Assembly: GCA_963705725.1 (NCBI GenBank)
Contig: CAVPKM010000013.1
Coordinates: 64,001 to 128,000, forward strand
Direction of reading: 5' to 3'
Length of the DNA: 64,000 nucleotides
DNA from: an uncultured Gammaproteobacteria bacterium
Lineage (GTDB): Bacteria; Pseudomonadota; Gammaproteobacteria; UBA6002
In this document: in pieces, positions 50,716 through 64,000 of the stretch
Position numbering within the stretch: position 1 is the first letter of the stretch
How the letters are laid out: each line of letters begins with the position of its first letter
Notes under the pieces: generated by a model
Seen by the model: only the letters and a program-made list of their open reading frames with translations
Told to the model about the DNA's origin: nothing
The model's database searches: none
Translations under genes and position numbers: made by a program

Positions 50716-52577
50716 TTAAATGCCGTTGGCCAGGGTCTGGTTAGAAGTTTGATTTGAATTTTTAAAAGCCTGTTTTTGTTCACAATAAGGTGAAAACCAC
50801 TGATAAATGTCAGTGTATTGCTTTTGTTTTTTTGATAAATTAGCAGGCCTGCGACTGCTGGTATTACAAGCGTTTTGTTGTGTATCTACCTTACTGGATT
50901 TAGTCGGTTGATTGAGAAGCTGATAAATAGAAGTTGCATTAGTAAAAGGGATGGGCTGCAGAAAATAGGGCTTTTTAGATTTTTGTTGTTTATTCTGCTT
51001 CAGAATATGGCGGGGCCCGAGTTTCAATAACGTTTTTGTAAAGGAAAAAGTAAGGTGATAAAATTTCAAATCTTTGTTTTTTGATAGCAAGTTTTTAAGT
51101 GTTGAAAAAAGTTTTGTGTCTTCATTCGAGGCAAGGGCTTGATTGAGCGCATCATGTAAGCAGCCCAGTAATTTCAGTTGTTTGTTTATATAATGATTGT
51201 CAATTCCGTGCAATTTTTTATAAACCCAAGAACCGGATAATTCCGTCATAAGGAAATTAAGATGCTCCCACATCTCATCGCGGATTTTTTCTTGAAATTC
51301 GCTGCTAAAGGATTGGTTCAACCAATGTTCTTTGAAATACGCAAAAACCATTTCTTTAATGGGATTTTTTAGAGCATGCATGTAGGTAAAAACATTTTTT
51401 CCATGACTATCTACAGCAGTTAATTGACTGAAATTAAATGCACTCCCAAACAAACGAAATAAAATTACCAGGTATAAAGAATTATCTGAATCATTATTGA
51501 TGTGAGTAAGTAAAAATTGTAAAAAAGTTTGATGTTGATAAGAAAGGTCTAAGAATGTTTGTTTTTTATTGTTTCGTAAGTTGCAATCTGCACCTGCTGA
51601 AAGTAATTTGCAAGCCAACGTATACTTGCCTTGCGTAATGAGATAGTGCAACAAACCATTACCCATTGAGTCTTGAGAGTCAATCGCCGAAATTTGATGA
51701 TTATTTTGATGAAAAATATCGATTGCTTTTTTGTGTAAAAAAAGTGCTGTTTCAAATTGCCCTGATTGAATAGCAAGGTGCATTAAATTATCGCCTGAAC
51801 AAATATCGATATAATTTAAATCAATTTTAAATAAGAATGCAGTTGCAAGTTGATGTCGCTTTACGAAAACAGAAAATTGAGAAAGAAATCGATATTTTTT
51901 TTCTTGGTGGGTGCCAACCTCTGAGGCTCTTTCTTTCTGTAATTTTATTAAATCTTCCAGCAATGAATTTAAGTTTTTTTCTGAATTTATTATTTGATTT
52001 TCTGTGCTTGAAATTTTTTTAAGTAAATCTTCATAATATCCTTGGGCTTGCTGCTCTGTTGTTCCCTTAAAATTAAAGCAAGTCTCTATCGATAATATGC
52101 CAATTTTATCGGTGAATTGTTTGTGTAATTTGACGCGCAGAGCAAGATCAACTGAAACAATTTTTCCTAAATGATTAATTTCTTGGTTGTTTGCTAGCAT
52201 GTGGCGATGGTCAAGTTGCCATTTTCTCAAGGTTTGCCAGGTGCGAAAATCTATTTCAGTTTGTAAATTATCGACAAAATTTTCATCAAGTAACTGATGG
52301 GGAAATTCTTGGAAATAGTTTACATTACGACCCAGCCTTTCGTAGTGGATAGATAAAATTTCGGCTTGCTGGCGGTAAATGTGTGCTTTATATTCAAGCA
52401 GCATCAGCTTTTCTCGAAAATTGATGACATCCCATTCTTTAGAGAGGAGTGCTGGTTTAATCGGGAGTTCAATGAATATCTCTAATGCTTCAACATCCCC
52501 TTTGGAAATCATTGTTTTGATTAATTGCTCGGGGTTGCTAGAAAGTTCAAACATATATAGAGGATTAGCCCGCAACA

Positions 52578-52578
<1 letters not shown>
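50716..52578 (-). CDS. Ankyrin-repeat/coiled-coil protein (candidate effector)
   Basis: GDNLMHLAIQSGQFETALFL and MGNGLLHYLITQGKYTLACKLLSAGADCNLRN; start overlaps the wrbA stop. Confidence 0.8.
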
Positions 52579-53195
<617 letters not shown>

Positions 53196-53276
53196 TTATT
53201 TGCATCAGCCTGCCTTTAATCATGCCAGTGGTTAGGATAAACTCCGTTTCTTTGCACAGATAATGAGAGAGATAAA

Positions 53277-54209
53277 ATGATAATAACAAAAAAAATAAAA
53301 AAGCTCCTTAATTTAATAACTTTTGCTTTGTTACTCAAACCTTCAGCTTTATTAGCCTTGACTTTTGCATTGCCGGAAAATGGGAATGATGTGGTAGGGA
53401 GTATTTCCACCGGCATTGTGCAGCCAAATGATAATTTTTCAACGATTGCAAGACGTTATGATGTGGGTTACTGCGAGCTTCAGGAAGCAAATCCAGGTGT
53501 AAATCCAGATGCGCCTCAGGCTGGGAGTGTATTGATTATTCCTACTCAATATATTTTACCCGATGTGCCAAGGGATGGCATGGTCATCAATCTAGTTGAA
53601 ATGCGTTTATATTTTTACCCCTCAAACAAGCGCGAGGTTTATATTTTCCCGGTTGGAATTGGTCGTGAAGGGTGGGAGTCTCCCTTGGGAGTGTGGTCGA
53701 TAATTGAACGCACGCCATTACCGACTTGGCATGCGCCTGAATCGATTCGAGAAGCAAGGGCTAAGGATGGGGTTCATATTCCGAAGGAAGTTCCTCCAGG
53801 ACCTGATAACCCGCTAGGTGATTATGCAATGCGTTTATCAAATCATACTTATCTTATTCATGGAACAAATGATCCATCTGGAGTAGGAAGAAGAAGTAGT
53901 GCTGGATGTATTCGAATGTATCCAGAAGATATTAAAAAATTGTTTCAAATGACACACAATGGTTTAGCTGTTCGTATTATCAATTATCCCTATAAAGCAG
54001 GTTGGGCCGACAATAAGCTTTTCCTGGAAACGCATTGGCCTTTAAATGGTATCTTGGCAGAATTAGATGCCAATCACAAAGATGCTCAGTTTGTGCTAAA
54101 AAGAGCGGTTAATCAGCGTGGAGCAGCTTATATAAATTGGGAAAAAGCCGAGAAAGTGGCGAATGAACGACAGGCTATTCCTCAAGAAGTAGGGCGTGTG
54201 GCCAGCTAA
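53277..54209 (+). CDS. L,D-transpeptidase (LysM + YkuD, ErfK/YbiS type)
   Basis: Signal peptide, LQEANPGV, FPVGIGREG, PPGPDNPLG, IHGTN...SAGCIRM. Confidence 0.95.
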   Translation: MIITKKIKKLLNLITFALLLKPSALLALTFALPENGNDVVGSISTGIVQPNDNFSTIARRYDVGYCELQEANPGVNPDAPQAGSVLIIPTQYILPDVPRDGMVINLVEMRLYFYPSNKREVYIFPVGIGREGWESPLGVWSIIERTPLPTWHAPESIREARAKDGVHIPKEVPPGPDNPLGDYAMRLSNHTYLIHGTNDPSGVGRRSSAGCIRMYPEDIKKLFQMTHNGLAVRIINYPYKAGWADNKLFLETHWPLNGILAELDANHKDAQFVLKRAVNQRGAAYINWEKAEKVANERQAIPQEVGRVAS

Positions 54210-54229
54210 TTATCCGTAACCGCTCCTTG

Positions 54230-54266
54230 GTCGTTCCGCGGGCAAGCCAGCTGCCGCGGGACGGCG
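54230..54266. repeat. GC-rich REP-like hairpin between convergent genes (possible terminator)
   Basis: GTCGTTCCGCGG-gcaagccagctg-CCGCGGGACGGC. Confidence 0.6.
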
Positions 54267-54282
54267 TGAGCAACTGAATGTT

Positions 54283-55986
54283 TCAAGTTAAATGGTCTTG
54301 CAAGGATTGGAGATAGCTTTCTAGTGGCAAATAAATAGACGTTTCTTCTTTGCGAGCTTTGTATTCAATCATGCCTTGTTGCAAGTTTTTTTCGCTAACT
54401 ACAAGGCGGTGAGGGATACCAATCAAATCGATGTCGGCAAACATTGCGCCTAATCTTTCGTCTCTATCATCAAATAATACTTCTATTCCGCTTTCCAGTA
54501 GCTCTAGGTAAATTTTCTCGCAGGTTTTTCTAGTTATTTCAGAGCGATATAAATTAACAGGAACGAGTGCGACTTGAAATGGAGCCATGCCCGTTGGCCA
54601 AATAATACCGCGTTCATCGTGGCATTGTTCAATAGCTGCGGCGACTATTCTTGATACACCAATCCCGTAGCAGCCCATGGTAGGATGGAGGGCTTTTCCC
54701 TGTTCATCTAAAATTGTTGCGGCCATTGCCTCACTGTATTTTCGTCCTAATTGAAATATATGACCGATTTCAATTCCTCGAGCAAGCTGCAGCTTGCCGA
54801 TACCATCCGGGCTATCATCACCAGGCAAGACTGAACGGATGTCAGCAATTTGTCCAAGTGGTAAATCTCTTTCCCAGTTAACATTGACTAGATGGGTATC
54901 ATCATGATTTGCCCCACATACAAAATCAGATACGACTGCAGCAGCTTTATCCACAATGAATTCTAAAGGCAAATTAACTGGGCCAATCGAGCCTGGTTTG
55001 CAGCCTAAAATTTCTACGCAGGCTTCGGGTGAAATAAGCTGAAGTGGCTGAGCGAGTTGTTCCAGTTTAGCGGCTTTAACCAGATTTAGTTCATGATCGC
55101 CACGCAGTACTAAGCCGATAACTGATTTTTCCTTGCCTGCAACTAATAGAGTTTTAATAATTTTTTCTTTTGGCAAATTGAGAAAGGTGCTGACTTCTTC
55201 AATAGTAGATTGTGAAGGCGTGTTGACTGATCGCATTTCACCTGTGGGGGAAAGAGGGGTTGGTTTGGTTAAGGCTTCTGCTCGCTCAATGTTTGCTGCA
55301 TAAGAGCCGGTGTCACTAAATGCCAATAAGTCCTCGCCAGACTCGGCTAATGCATGAAACTCATGTGAGAGGCTGCCGCCGATACTTCCGGTATCAGCTA
55401 GCACAGCCCTGAATTTAAGCCCGAGCCGAGTAAAAATATGGGTGTAAGCTGAATACATGTCATCATAAGTTTTTTGCAAGGAGGATTCATTGAGATGGAA
55501 AGAATAAGCATCCTTCATGATAAATTCTCGCGCGCGCATTATTCCAAAGCGGGGCCTGATTTCATCACGAAACTTTGTTTGAATCTGATAAAGCGTAAGA
55601 GGAAGTTGCTTGTAGGAGCGAACCTCATTTCTGATCAGATCAGTGATCACTTCTTCATGCGTGGGACCAAAACAAAAAAAGCGATGATGTCGATCTTGAA
55701 TTTTTAATAGCTCGTTACCAAAACGTTCCCAGCGCTCTGTTTCTTGCCAGAGTTCTGCAGGCTGAATGGCAGGCATAAGCACTTCGAGTGCTCCAATTTT
55801 ATTCATTTCATCGCGTACGACATTTTCTACTTTTTGTAATACACGCAGGCCAAGGGGTAGCCAGGTATAGATGCCGGCTGAAAGCTTTCGTATCATGCCA
55901 GCTCTTAACATGAGCTGATGGCTTTTGACCTGCGCATCAGCAGGAATTTCTTTTTGAGTCACTAAAAAATACTGGCTTAGGCGCAT
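54283..55986 (-). CDS. proS: Proline--tRNA ligase
   Basis: [46 protein letters not shown]. Confidence 0.98.
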   Translation of the reverse strand: MRLSQYFLVTQKEIPADAQVKSHQLMLRAGMIRKLSAGIYTWLPLGLRVLQKVENVVRDEMNKIGALEVLMPAIQPAELWQETERWERFGNELLKIQDRHHRFFCFGPTHEEVITDLIRNEVRSYKQLPLTLYQIQTKFRDEIRPRFGIMRAREFIMKDAYSFHLNESSLQKTYDDMYSAYTHIFTRLGLKFRAVLADTGSIGGSLSHEFHALAESGEDLLAFSDTGSYAANIERAEALTKPTPLSPTGEMRSVNTPSQSTIEEVSTFLNLPKEKIIKTLLVAGKEKSVIGLVLRGDHELNLVKAAKLEQLAQPLQLISPEACVEILGCKPGSIGPVNLPLEFIVDKAAAVVSDFVCGANHDDTHLVNVNWERDLPLGQIADIRSVLPGDDSPDGIGKLQLARGIEIGHIFQLGRKYSEAMAATILDEQGKALHPTMGCYGIGVSRIVAAAIEQCHDERGIIWPTGMAPFQVALVPVNLYRSEITRKTCEKIYLELLESGIEVLFDDRDERLGAMFADIDLIGIPHRLVVSEKNLQQGMIEYKARKEETSIYLPLESYLQSLQDHLT

Positions 55987-56114
55987 GTGTTTGCTCTCAT
56001 ATTTAAGATAGGCGTAGGAAATTCTAATGTTATCCACAAGCGAAGGTAATTGCTATTTTTATATTGAAAATGTATTTTTGTAGGTTTGCTATTAGATGCT
56101 GAGGGGGTTTTATC

Positions 56115-56381
56115 ATGCCATTTTATGAATATCGTTGTAAAAATTGTCATCATGAGTTAGAAGTAATGCAAAAAATTTCGGATTCGCCTTTATCCGATTG
56201 CCCAAATTGTGGTAAGAATGGCTTAGACAAAATCATTTCTGCAGCGGGGTTCCAGTTAAAAGGAACTGGCTGGTACGTCACAGACTTTAGAAATAGCAGT
56301 AAGAGTAAACCAGATACGACCACTAAGACAGAGGGCACCCGTGAATCCAAATCAGACCCCAAACCCTCAAAACCAGACTAA
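56115..56381 (+). CDS. FmdB family zinc-ribbon protein
   Basis: MPFYEYRCKNC...CPNCG...FQLKGTGWYVTDF. Confidence 0.93.
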   Translation: MPFYEYRCKNCHHELEVMQKISDSPLSDCPNCGKNGLDKIISAAGFQLKGTGWYVTDFRNSSKSKPDTTTKTEGTRESKSDPKPSKPD

Positions 56382-56394
56382 AAAAAAGACCAAT

Positions 56395-57027
56395 ATGCTG
56401 CGGCGTTATTTTATTGCAGGCTTATTGGTATTGTTACCAATTTGGGTCACCTTGTTGATTTTAAATTTTGTAGTCGGGTTAGTTGACCAAAGCCTTTCAT
56501 TGCTTCCGCGAGAAACGCAACCAGATGTTTTACTTGGCGTACATATTCCTGGCCTGGGCTTACTTTTTGCGATTACCATTATATTTTTGACTGGCATGTT
56601 AGTCACTAATTTCGTTGGAAATTGGTTTCTTAATTTATGGGAAGGGTTATTAGCCAAGATTCCTTTAGTCCGTTCTATCTACATGGCAGTAAAGCAAGTC
56701 TTAAATACCATGTTTACTCCAGGTGGGGAATCTTTTCGAAAAGTTTTGTTAGTAGAGTATCCGCGTAAAGAAATGTGGGCGATTGCCTTTCAGACAGGTT
56801 CAAGTTTTCCCATTCCAAAAGCTAATGACGAGAATGAATATCTAACGGTATTTGTTCCCACCACACCCAATCCTACAGGTGGCTTCTTGCTGGTTGTTGC
56901 CAAGAAAGAAGTCATTGAATTAAAAATGAGCATTGACCAGGCGTTGAAATATATTATTTCTTTAGGTGTGGTTATGCCGCCTTCGATGGCAGGGCATAAA
57001 ATAAAAGAAAACAGAGAATCTATTTAA
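56395..57027 (+). CDS. DUF502 family membrane protein
   Basis: [43 protein letters not shown]. Confidence 0.93.
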   Translation: MLRRYFIAGLLVLLPIWVTLLILNFVVGLVDQSLSLLPRETQPDVLLGVHIPGLGLLFAITIIFLTGMLVTNFVGNWFLNLWEGLLAKIPLVRSIYMAVKQVLNTMFTPGGESFRKVLLVEYPRKEMWAIAFQTGSSFPIPKANDENEYLTVFVPTTPNPTGGFLLVVAKKEVIELKMSIDQALKYIISLGVVMPPSMAGHKIKENRESI

Positions 57028-57040
57028 TCAGGAAAAAAAT

Positions 57041-58819
57041 ATGCGTAGTCATTATTGCGGTCAGGTAACGGAGTCATTAATCGATACGGAAGTTGAGGTC
57101 TGCGGTTGGGTCCATCGACGTCGTGATCATGGAGGAGTGATATTCATTGACCTTCGTGATATTAAAGGTCTGGTTCAAATCGTTGTCTATCCTGAACAGA
57201 AAGAAGCTTTTAAACTAACAGAAACAGTGCGCAGTGAGTACGTAATTAAGGTCCTTGGCACCGTGCAGCAAAGGCCAGCAGGAACGACCAATAAAGACCT
57301 TCCTACGGGTCAGGTCGAAGTAATAGCAAAGGAAATAGTTATCCTTAATCCAGCTGAAGTAGTGCCATTTCGTATAGATGAATTCCAAGAGATAAGCGAA
57401 GAAATTCGTCTTAAATATCGTTATATCGATTTACGACGAACTGAAATGACAGCGCGCATAGTATTTCGAGCAAAAGCTATTCGGTTATTAAGACATTTTC
57501 TCGATGAGCATGATTTTATTGATATCGAAACACCGGTGTTAACCAAATCAACCCCGGAAGGTGCACGTGATTATTTAGTGCCAAGTCGTGTTAATCCAGG
57601 TAGTTTTTATGCTTTGCCACAATCACCACAAATTTTTAAGCAGTTATTAATGGTGGCAGGTCTCGACCGTTATTACCAAGTAGTTAAGTGTTTTCGAGAT
57701 GAGGATTTGCGAGCGGATAGGCAACCTGAATTTACCCAGCTCGATATTGAAATGTCCTTTATCGATGAAGAAACGATCCAAAAGCTAATGGAAAAGATGA
57801 TCCGAAAACTTTTCCTTGAATTATTAGACGTTGCCCTCCCCGACCCTTTTCCGAAAATGACCTATGCAGAAGCAATCACGCGTTTTGGTGTTGATCGTCC
57901 AGATTTGCGAATTCCACTTGAGCTCATTGATGTTAAAGATTTATTGCAAGAAGTGGAGTTTAAGGTTTTTGCTGAGCCGGCCAAAGATGCTCAATGTCGA
58001 GTCACAGCACTTTGTTTGCCAGGGGGAGCAGAGTTAAGTCGTAAAGAAATAGAGGCATATACGAAGTTCGTTTCCAACTTTGGTGCGAAAGGATTAGCCT
58101 ATATTAAAGTGATTGCAATAGAACAAGGCCCAGATGGGTTACAATCTCCCATTATTAAATTTTTACCAGAAGCGGTTACCCAGAGTATTTTGCAGCGTGT
58201 GAATGCCAAAAACGGGGATATTATCTTTTTTGCAGCAGATAAAGCCAGCGTAGTGAATGACGCATTGGCCGCACTTCGAGTCAAGCTTGGCCATGATCGT
58301 GGTTTAGTTGAAGGTGGATGGCGACCCGTATGGATAGTGGATTTCCCTATGTTTGCTTATGATGAGCTGACAAAGCGTTGGGAATCTTTGCACCATCCTT
58401 TTACGGCGCCTACCTTGAATGACCCAGAAGCCCTGTTAACTCATCCGGAAAGCTGTTTATCACGTGCTTACGATATGGTGCTAAATGGAATTGAGATTGG
58501 TGGTGGCTCTATTCGTATTGATAATATTACCTTGCAAAAAGCGGTATTTAAACTGCTGGGATTATCTGAAGAAGAGGCTCATAGCCAATTTGAACATTTG
58601 TTATCCGGACTGAAGTTTGGCGCTCCTCCGCACGGTGGGATCGCATTTGGCATCGATCGATTACTGATGTTAATGATGGGATGCAAATCTATTCGAGATG
58701 TCATTGCTTTTCCTAAAACACAGTCAGCACATTGCCCATTAACGCGCGCACCTTCAGAAGTCAGCAACCAACAACTGCTAGAGTTAGGTTTAAAATTGAG
58801 AAAGCTGGACACGAAATAA
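57041..58819 (+). CDS. aspS: Aspartate--tRNA ligase
   Basis: [52 protein letters not shown]. Confidence 0.98.
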   Translation: MRSHYCGQVTESLIDTEVEVCGWVHRRRDHGGVIFIDLRDIKGLVQIVVYPEQKEAFKLTETVRSEYVIKVLGTVQQRPAGTTNKDLPTGQVEVIAKEIVILNPAEVVPFRIDEFQEISEEIRLKYRYIDLRRTEMTARIVFRAKAIRLLRHFLDEHDFIDIETPVLTKSTPEGARDYLVPSRVNPGSFYALPQSPQIFKQLLMVAGLDRYYQVVKCFRDEDLRADRQPEFTQLDIEMSFIDEETIQKLMEKMIRKLFLELLDVALPDPFPKMTYAEAITRFGVDRPDLRIPLELIDVKDLLQEVEFKVFAEPAKDAQCRVTALCLPGGAELSRKEIEAYTKFVSNFGAKGLAYIKVIAIEQGPDGLQSPIIKFLPEAVTQSILQRVNAKNGDIIFFAADKASVVNDALAALRVKLGHDRGLVEGGWRPVWIVDFPMFAYDELTKRWESLHHPFTAPTLNDPEALLTHPESCLSRAYDMVLNGIEIGGGSIRIDNITLQKAVFKLLGLSEEEAHSQFEHLLSGLKFGAPPHGGIAFGIDRLLMLMMGCKSIRDVIAFPKTQSAHCPLTRAPSEVSNQQLLELGLKLRKLDTK

Positions 58820-58838
58820 TATTAAAAAAGAGATAATT

Positions 58839-59563
58839 ATGGCTGGGCATAGTAAATGGGCAAATATTCAACACCGTAAAAAAGCGCAGGATGCCAAACG
58901 CGCTAAAGTCTTTACCCAGATTGATTCGTCATATTACTGTCGCTGCTCGAAAAGGAGGGAAGACCCGAATCCAATCCTTGGCTTAGAACTGCTATTTATA
59001 AAGCGCTTGCACAAAATATGACCAAGGATGTCATTGAGCGAGCAATCAAAAGGGGGGTAGGCGCTGACCAAGATGAAATGGAAGAAGTTTGTTATGAAGG
59101 TTACGGCGTCGGGGGTGTAGCAATGTTGGTCGATTGCTTAACGGATAACCGTAATAGAACAGTCGCAGAAGTTAGGCATGCTTTTACTAAGTGCGGTGGA
59201 AATTTAGGAACGGAAGGTTCTGTTGCTTATTTGTTTACAAAACAAGGGGTTATTCTTTTTCTCGCTGGCGTCGATGAAAATAAATTAATGGAAATCTCGT
59301 TAGAAATGGGCGCATTAGATATTAAAACAGAAGAAGATGGGAGCGTGGCCATTTATACCTCTCCTGAAAATTATGAGATTGTTCACAATGCCTTAGTATC
59401 AGCAGGTTTTACGCCTCAAAGTAGTGAAGTTTGTATGTTAGCGATGAATGAAGTGCAGTTAACTGAAGAAAATACCGAAAAAATAATCAAGTTGATCGAT
59501 ATGTTAGAAGAGCTGGATGATGTTCAAAACGTTTATACCAATGCAAATATAATAGAAAAGTAA
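58839..59563 (+). CDS. yebC: YebC/PmpR family protein, apparent frameshifts in the 5' third
   Basis: [14 protein letters not shown]; [25 protein letters not shown]. Confidence 0.93.
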
Positions 59564-59593
59564 CGGCACGTTGTTAAAACGGAAAAGTGGTTG

Positions 59594-60073
59594 ATGATTA
59601 TTCTTGGAATTGATCCAGGCTCTTGTATAACCGGTTATGGAATTATCGAAACGCACGCCAGTCGCTACAAATATGTTGCGAGTGGTTGTATTCGAACGAA
59701 AGGCGAAGAGGTCTGTGATAAGTTATATCAAATTTATGAAAAGTTATCGACAATAATTGGGCAATATAGGCCTGATCAAGCAGCGATTGAAAAAATTTTT
59801 TTCAAAAATAACGTAGATTCTGCATTTAAACTCGGGCAAGCGAGGGGGGCGGCTTTTGTGGCAGTAGCGACTTATCGAATTCCATTATCAGAATATACGC
59901 CAAGAGCGGTAAAAAAAAGTGTGGTGGGTTATGGCGCAGCAGACAAGCAACAAGTTCAAAGAATGATGAAAACATTGCTCTGCCTTTCAGCTCTGCCACA
60001 AGTTGATGCTGCCGATGCGTTAGCAATTGCACTTTGTCATGCAAGCTATGCAAGACAAGGAGAATTAAAATGA
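59594..60073 (+). CDS. ruvC: Holliday junction resolvase RuvC
   Basis: ILGIDPGS..TGYG, KLGQARG, DAADALAIALCH. Confidence 0.97.
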   Translation: MIILGIDPGSCITGYGIIETHASRYKYVASGCIRTKGEEVCDKLYQIYEKLSTIIGQYRPDQAAIEKIFFKNNVDSAFKLGQARGAAFVAVATYRIPLSEYTPRAVKKSVVGYGAADKQQVQRMMKTLLCLSALPQVDAADALAIALCHASYARQGELK

Positions 60074-60672
60074 TTAGTTTCTTAAGGGGAACACTCTATT
60101 ATAAAAAACCGCCATTACTTATTATCGATATGCAGGGAATCGGATATGAGTGTCAGGCATCGATGTCAACTTTTTATCACTTGCCAGAAATTGGATATGA
60201 AATTTTACTTTATACGCATTTAGTTATCCGAGAGGATGCGCATGCCTTATATGCCTTTTTCAAAGAGCAAGAAAAAACGATTTTTAAGGCGTTAATTAAA
60301 ATCAGTAATGTGGGTCCTAAGTTAGCGCTTGCCATTCTATCTGGCATTCCATTCGATCAGTTTGTTAAATGTATTGTAGAGCAAGATATATCAGCATTGA
60401 CACCTATTCCCGGAATTGGCAAGAAAACGGCAGAGCGGTTATTAATCGAACTTCGTGATAGGGCAAAAAATTGGGATTTCCAAACATTAGAAGTTGGAAA
60501 TTTTATCACTAAAGAAAAAGAAGACAGTCGGGTGAAGGATGCAATCAGCGCATTAGTTGCACTTGGATTTAAAACCGCAGAAGCCAGCCGTTTAATTGGA
60601 GCGATAACATTAAACGATGAAACAACAGAAGAGCTAATACGTTTAGCATTAAAACACACAAGGCAAGTATGA
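60070..60672 (+). CDS. ruvA: Holliday junction branch migration protein RuvA
   Basis: [37 protein letters not shown]. Confidence 0.97.
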   Translation: MISFLRGTLYYKKPPLLIIDMQGIGYECQASMSTFYHLPEIGYEILLYTHLVIREDAHALYAFFKEQEKTIFKALIKISNVGPKLALAILSGIPFDQFVKCIVEQDISALTPIPGIGKKTAERLLIELRDRAKNWDFQTLEVGNFITKEKEDSRVKDAISALVALGFKTAEASRLIGAITLNDETTEELIRLALKHTRQV

Positions 60673-61691
60673 TCACCCCAGATCGTTTGATAAGCGCACA
60701 GGCGCGAAATGAAGATGAAACAATTGATAAAGCGATTAGACCTAAAAAACTTGTGGACTATATCGGACAAGATAGCGTCAGAAGTCAGATGGAGGTATTT
60801 ATTCAAGCTGCAAAAAATCGAGGTGAATCTTTAGATCATGTTTTGATTTTTGGTCCTCCAGGCCTTGGGAAAACCACGCTTGCTGCAATTATTGCTAACG
60901 AAATGGGAGCATCTTTGAAGCAAACATCTGGCCCCGTACTGGAGAAGGCGGGAGATGTTGCGGCATTACTGACTAATTTGGAACCAGGTGACGTCCTCTT
61001 CATCGATGAAATTCACCGCTTAAGCCCTTATGTAGAAGAAGTTCTCTATCCTGCAATGGAAGATTTTCAACTGGACATTATGATCGGAGAAGGACCAGCT
61101 GCAAGGTCAATAAAATTAGATATCCCTTCCTTTACCTTGATTGGGGCAACAACTCGCGCTGGTCTATTGACTTCTCCGCTTAGGGATCGCTTTGGAATTG
61201 TTGAGCGACTCGAATTTTATCAGGTAGAAGATTTAGTTCATATTATCAGTCGTTCAGCAAAAATATTGAACGTGGTCCTTGAGGAAGGTGGAAGCAGGGA
61301 GATCGCAAGGCGTTCTCGTGGAACGCCCCGGATAGCCAATCGCTTGTTACGACGAGTAAGAGATTATGCAGAAGTAAAGGCAGATGGAAAAATTACCAAG
61401 GCGATTGCTGAGCAAGCATTGAATCTTCTTGATGTAGATCAATATGGATTAGATATGATGGATAGAAAACTATTGCTTGCTGTCATTGAACGTTTTGGAG
61501 GCGGTCCAGTTGGAATTGATAGCATGGCGACTGCAATCAGCGAAGAAAGAGGCACAATCGAAGATGTACTAGAGCCGTATCTGATTCAGTTAGGATTTTT
61601 ACAACGTACTGCTCGTGGCAGAATAGCAACACGAAATGCCTACTTACATTTTGGTTTAACTCTACCCAGCCACCTTGGAGAAACATCATGA
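60669..61691 (+). CDS. ruvB: Holliday junction helicase RuvB
   Basis: [36 protein letters not shown]. Confidence 0.98.
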   Translation: MITPDRLISAQARNEDETIDKAIRPKKLVDYIGQDSVRSQMEVFIQAAKNRGESLDHVLIFGPPGLGKTTLAAIIANEMGASLKQTSGPVLEKAGDVAALLTNLEPGDVLFIDEIHRLSPYVEEVLYPAMEDFQLDIMIGEGPAARSIKLDIPSFTLIGATTRAGLLTSPLRDRFGIVERLEFYQVEDLVHIISRSAKILNVVLEEGGSREIARRSRGTPRIANRLLRRVRDYAEVKADGKITKAIAEQALNLLDVDQYGLDMMDRKLLLAVIERFGGGPVGIDSMATAISEERGTIEDVLEPYLIQLGFLQRTARGRIATRNAYLHFGLTLPSHLGETS

Positions 61692-62368
61692 CAACAGACA
61701 CAAGCATTTGGAGTTTTATTGCTAATGCCGGGCCTGTCGTAAAGGCTGTCATGCTGCTTTTGATTTCCGCTTCTGTGGTTGCTTGGGGGATTATTTTTCA
61801 GAGAGCTAAATTATTAAAAAATGCAAAAACCTCATTGATAGAATTTGAGAATAAATTTTGGTCAGGAGTAGATCTAAATCAGCTTTATCAGGGTTTAAAT
61901 CAAGACAAGCAAGAGTTATTTGGTTTAGAGAGTATTTTTTTTGCGGGTTTCAATGAATTTTTGCGACTACGTCAACGTGGGTTACGGATAGAAGTCATGA
62001 TTGAAGGGGTGCAGCGCGCAATGCGAGTTGCGCATGCAAGAGAGCAGGATAAATTAGAAAACCAGTTAGCATTTTTAGCAACAGTCGGTTCAACTAGTCC
62101 TTATGTAGGGTTGTTTGGAACGGTGTGGGGAATTATGACTGCCTTTCAAGCACTAGGGCATGTCTCTCAAGCCAGTATTGCCATGGTAGCACCAGGCATC
62201 TCTGAGGCATTAATTGCAACAGCAATGGGGCTGTTTGCTGCTATCCCAGCTGTCGTCGCCTATAATCGATATTCGACCGTAGTGGACAAATTATCCAATC
62301 AATATCATACCTTTTTAGAAGAATTCACTAGCATTTTACATCGGCAAGCTGTTCCAGAAAGAGAATGA
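61688..62368 (+). CDS. tolQ: Tol-Pal protein TolQ
   Basis: [38 protein letters not shown]. Confidence 0.96.
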   Translation: MTTDTSIWSFIANAGPVVKAVMLLLISASVVAWGIIFQRAKLLKNAKTSLIEFENKFWSGVDLNQLYQGLNQDKQELFGLESIFFAGFNEFLRLRQRGLRIEVMIEGVQRAMRVAHAREQDKLENQLAFLATVGSTSPYVGLFGTVWGIMTAFQALGHVSQASIAMVAPGISEALIATAMGLFAAIPAVVAYNRYSTVVDKLSNQYHTFLEEFTSILHRQAVPERE

Positions 62369-62790
62369 AAATGAAAATAGTGCGTAAACAAATCGCTGAA
62401 ATCAATGTTGTTCCTTACATCGATGTCATGTTGGTTCTCTTAGTTATTTTTATGATTACCGCTCCTCTCCTATCACAAGGGGTGAGTGTCAATTTGCCTA
62501 AGGCAGCTGCTAAGCCGTTGGCGCAAAAAGAACCCATTATTGTCAGCATTAATGAAGCGGGCCAATACTTCTTGAATTTAGGGGCGGATCCTAGACAAGT
62601 AAGAAGTCAAGAAGAGATTAAAAACGAAGTATCAAAAGCATTAAGCATGGCGAAACAAAAAGGTGAGTTACAAAGTATTTATGTAAAAGGCGATAAACAA
62701 GTGAATTATGATAAAGTTATGCAAGTCATGGTGTTGCTGCAACAAGCTGGAGCAGAAACTATTGGTTTGATTACTCAAGAACCCGATTAG
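62365..62790 (+). CDS. tolR: Tol-Pal protein TolR
   Basis: AEINVVPYIDVMLVLLVIFMITAP. Confidence 0.96.
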   Translation: MKMKIVRKQIAEINVVPYIDVMLVLLVIFMITAPLLSQGVSVNLPKAAAKPLAQKEPIIVSINEAGQYFLNLGADPRQVRSQEEIKNEVSKALSMAKQKGELQSIYVKGDKQVNYDKVMQVMVLLQQAGAETIGLITQEPD

Positions 62791-62791
62791 T

Positions 62792-63747
62792 ATGAATAGG
62801 TCAAGCGTCAAACTTTCTGCTAAAAGTTCAATCATTTATTCATTATTTCTACATTTAATTATATTTGGGTTGCTTTTTATTCACTTTTCGCCAGAAAAAA
62901 AAGGATCTTATCATCAGTGAGAATCGTACAGGCTACGATGATTAATCAACACTCACTATTTCCAGAAGCAACGAACAGAATTGAATCTTCGAAGCAAAAT
63001 GAGTTAGTATCAAAAGTTGAACCCTTGCCTCAAAAATCGATTAGACAAATTGAGCAGTTCGCATTGAAACAATCCGATACGAACCTCCCTCTAGCCAAAC
63101 CATTGGAACTTAATCGATCAACAAGGGCGACTGAAGAAATCAAGGAGAGCATTAAACCAAAAGAAACTTTACTGCAGGCTCCCAAACTTAATAAGTTAAT
63201 TGAAAAAAATGAACAGCTTATCAAGCAAAAAGCAGAATTAAAAAAACAAGAAAAACAACTTGCGATAAAGCAAAAAGCAGCTGAAATTAAAGAAATTAAA
63301 TTAGCAAAAGAACGGCAGAAAAAAGCAGAAGCGCTTGCGAAGGAATTAGAGTCAGAAGTCATCGCTAGCAGCAAAAAAAATGAAGACGCAACAGAGAGTG
63401 ATTCTCCAAAAAAAAGTGATGATGCGGCGGAAGTGACTGCAAATGCAGAAAAAGGTGAAATCGATAAATATAAACAATTAATTGTAACAGCCATTGGACG
63501 AAGGTGGCTAATGCCTGAAGTAGGAGAAGCAGCACTGGCTTGCCAGGTCTTGGTCAACGTTGGGCCAGGGGGTATTGTACTTAGCGTCGATATTATCAAG
63601 GGAAGCGGAAATAGTCAGTTAGATCATTCTGCTACGAGTGCCATTATGAAATCATCACCCTTGCCTGTTCCAGACGATCGCAATTTATTTGACAATTTTA
63701 GAGCCCTGCGGTTAACTTTCCGTCCAAAAGGCATTGTTACCAATTAA
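62792..63747 (+). CDS. tolA: Tol-Pal protein TolA, apparent frameshift in poly-A near 62895-62902
   Basis: N-terminal anchor with SLFLHL (SHLS-type motif) from ATG 62792; K/E/A-rich helix; TonB-C-like domain GSGNSQLDHSATSAIMKSSPLP. Confidence 0.88.
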
Positions 63748-63777
63748 ACTTGACGACAACGTAAACGGGGAACCGCA

Positions 63778-64000
63778 ATGCGCCATTTTTTAAAATTATT
63801 TTGCCTGCTACTACTGATTACTCCCTTTTCGATAAAGGCTGCGGTAGATTTAGAACTGACAGAGGGGGTGAAAAGCGCACTGCCAATTGCGGTTATTCCC
63901 TTTGGTGGCAATGATGCGTCAACTGAATTACTCGACATGGCTGCGGTCGTGAATGCAGATTTACAAAATAGTGGTCGTTTTCATCCACTTGATCGAACCA
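63778..64000 (+). CDS. tolB: Tol-Pal beta-propeller protein TolB (5' part)
   Basis: Signal peptide then LELTEGVKSALPIAVIPF...VNADLQNSGRF. Confidence 0.92.
   Translation, partial: MRHFLKLFCLLLLITPFSIKAAVDLELTEGVKSALPIAVIPFGGNDASTELLDMAAVVNADLQNSGRFHPLDRT

Overview
AT-rich gammaproteobacterial chromosome segment, most consistent with an intracellular Legionellales/Coxiellaceae-like lineage (inferred from ankyrin/TPR effector-like genes, PmrA-type promoter boxes and dcw gene order). The core backbone is yraN-rsmI-rnpB, the dcw cluster (mraZ to lpxC, with murB and without murG), dciA-secA-mutT, yacG-zapD-coaE-pilD, tRNA-Thr(CGT), wrbA, an L,D-transpeptidase, proS, aspS-yebC-ruvCAB and tolQRAB. 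Two accessory zones interrupt it. Zone 1 (about 2.4-13.6 kb, between rnpB and mraZ) holds a minus-strand array of decayed polymorphic toxin tips with immunity-like genes, an OspF/SpvC-like phosphothreonine lyase homolog, an IS256 nested in an IS66 remnant, two paralogous Gly-rich small membrane proteins with a shared 3' cassette and long palindrome flanking a relBE module, and a broken ATPase. Zone 2 (about 41.7-52.6 kb, after tRNA-Thr) holds a 10-bp tandem repeat, a Schlafen/AlbA_2 protein, three ankyrin proteins (one ending in a CaaX prenylation motif) and two type IV (AbiE) toxin-antitoxin loci. Four candidate effector genes share an identically spaced PmrA-like promoter box. Frameshifts in several conserved or essential genes and a 108-nt poly-A run point to sequencing or assembly error, so all pseudogene calls are provisional. 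All family assignments come from motif recognition by eye, not from database searches.
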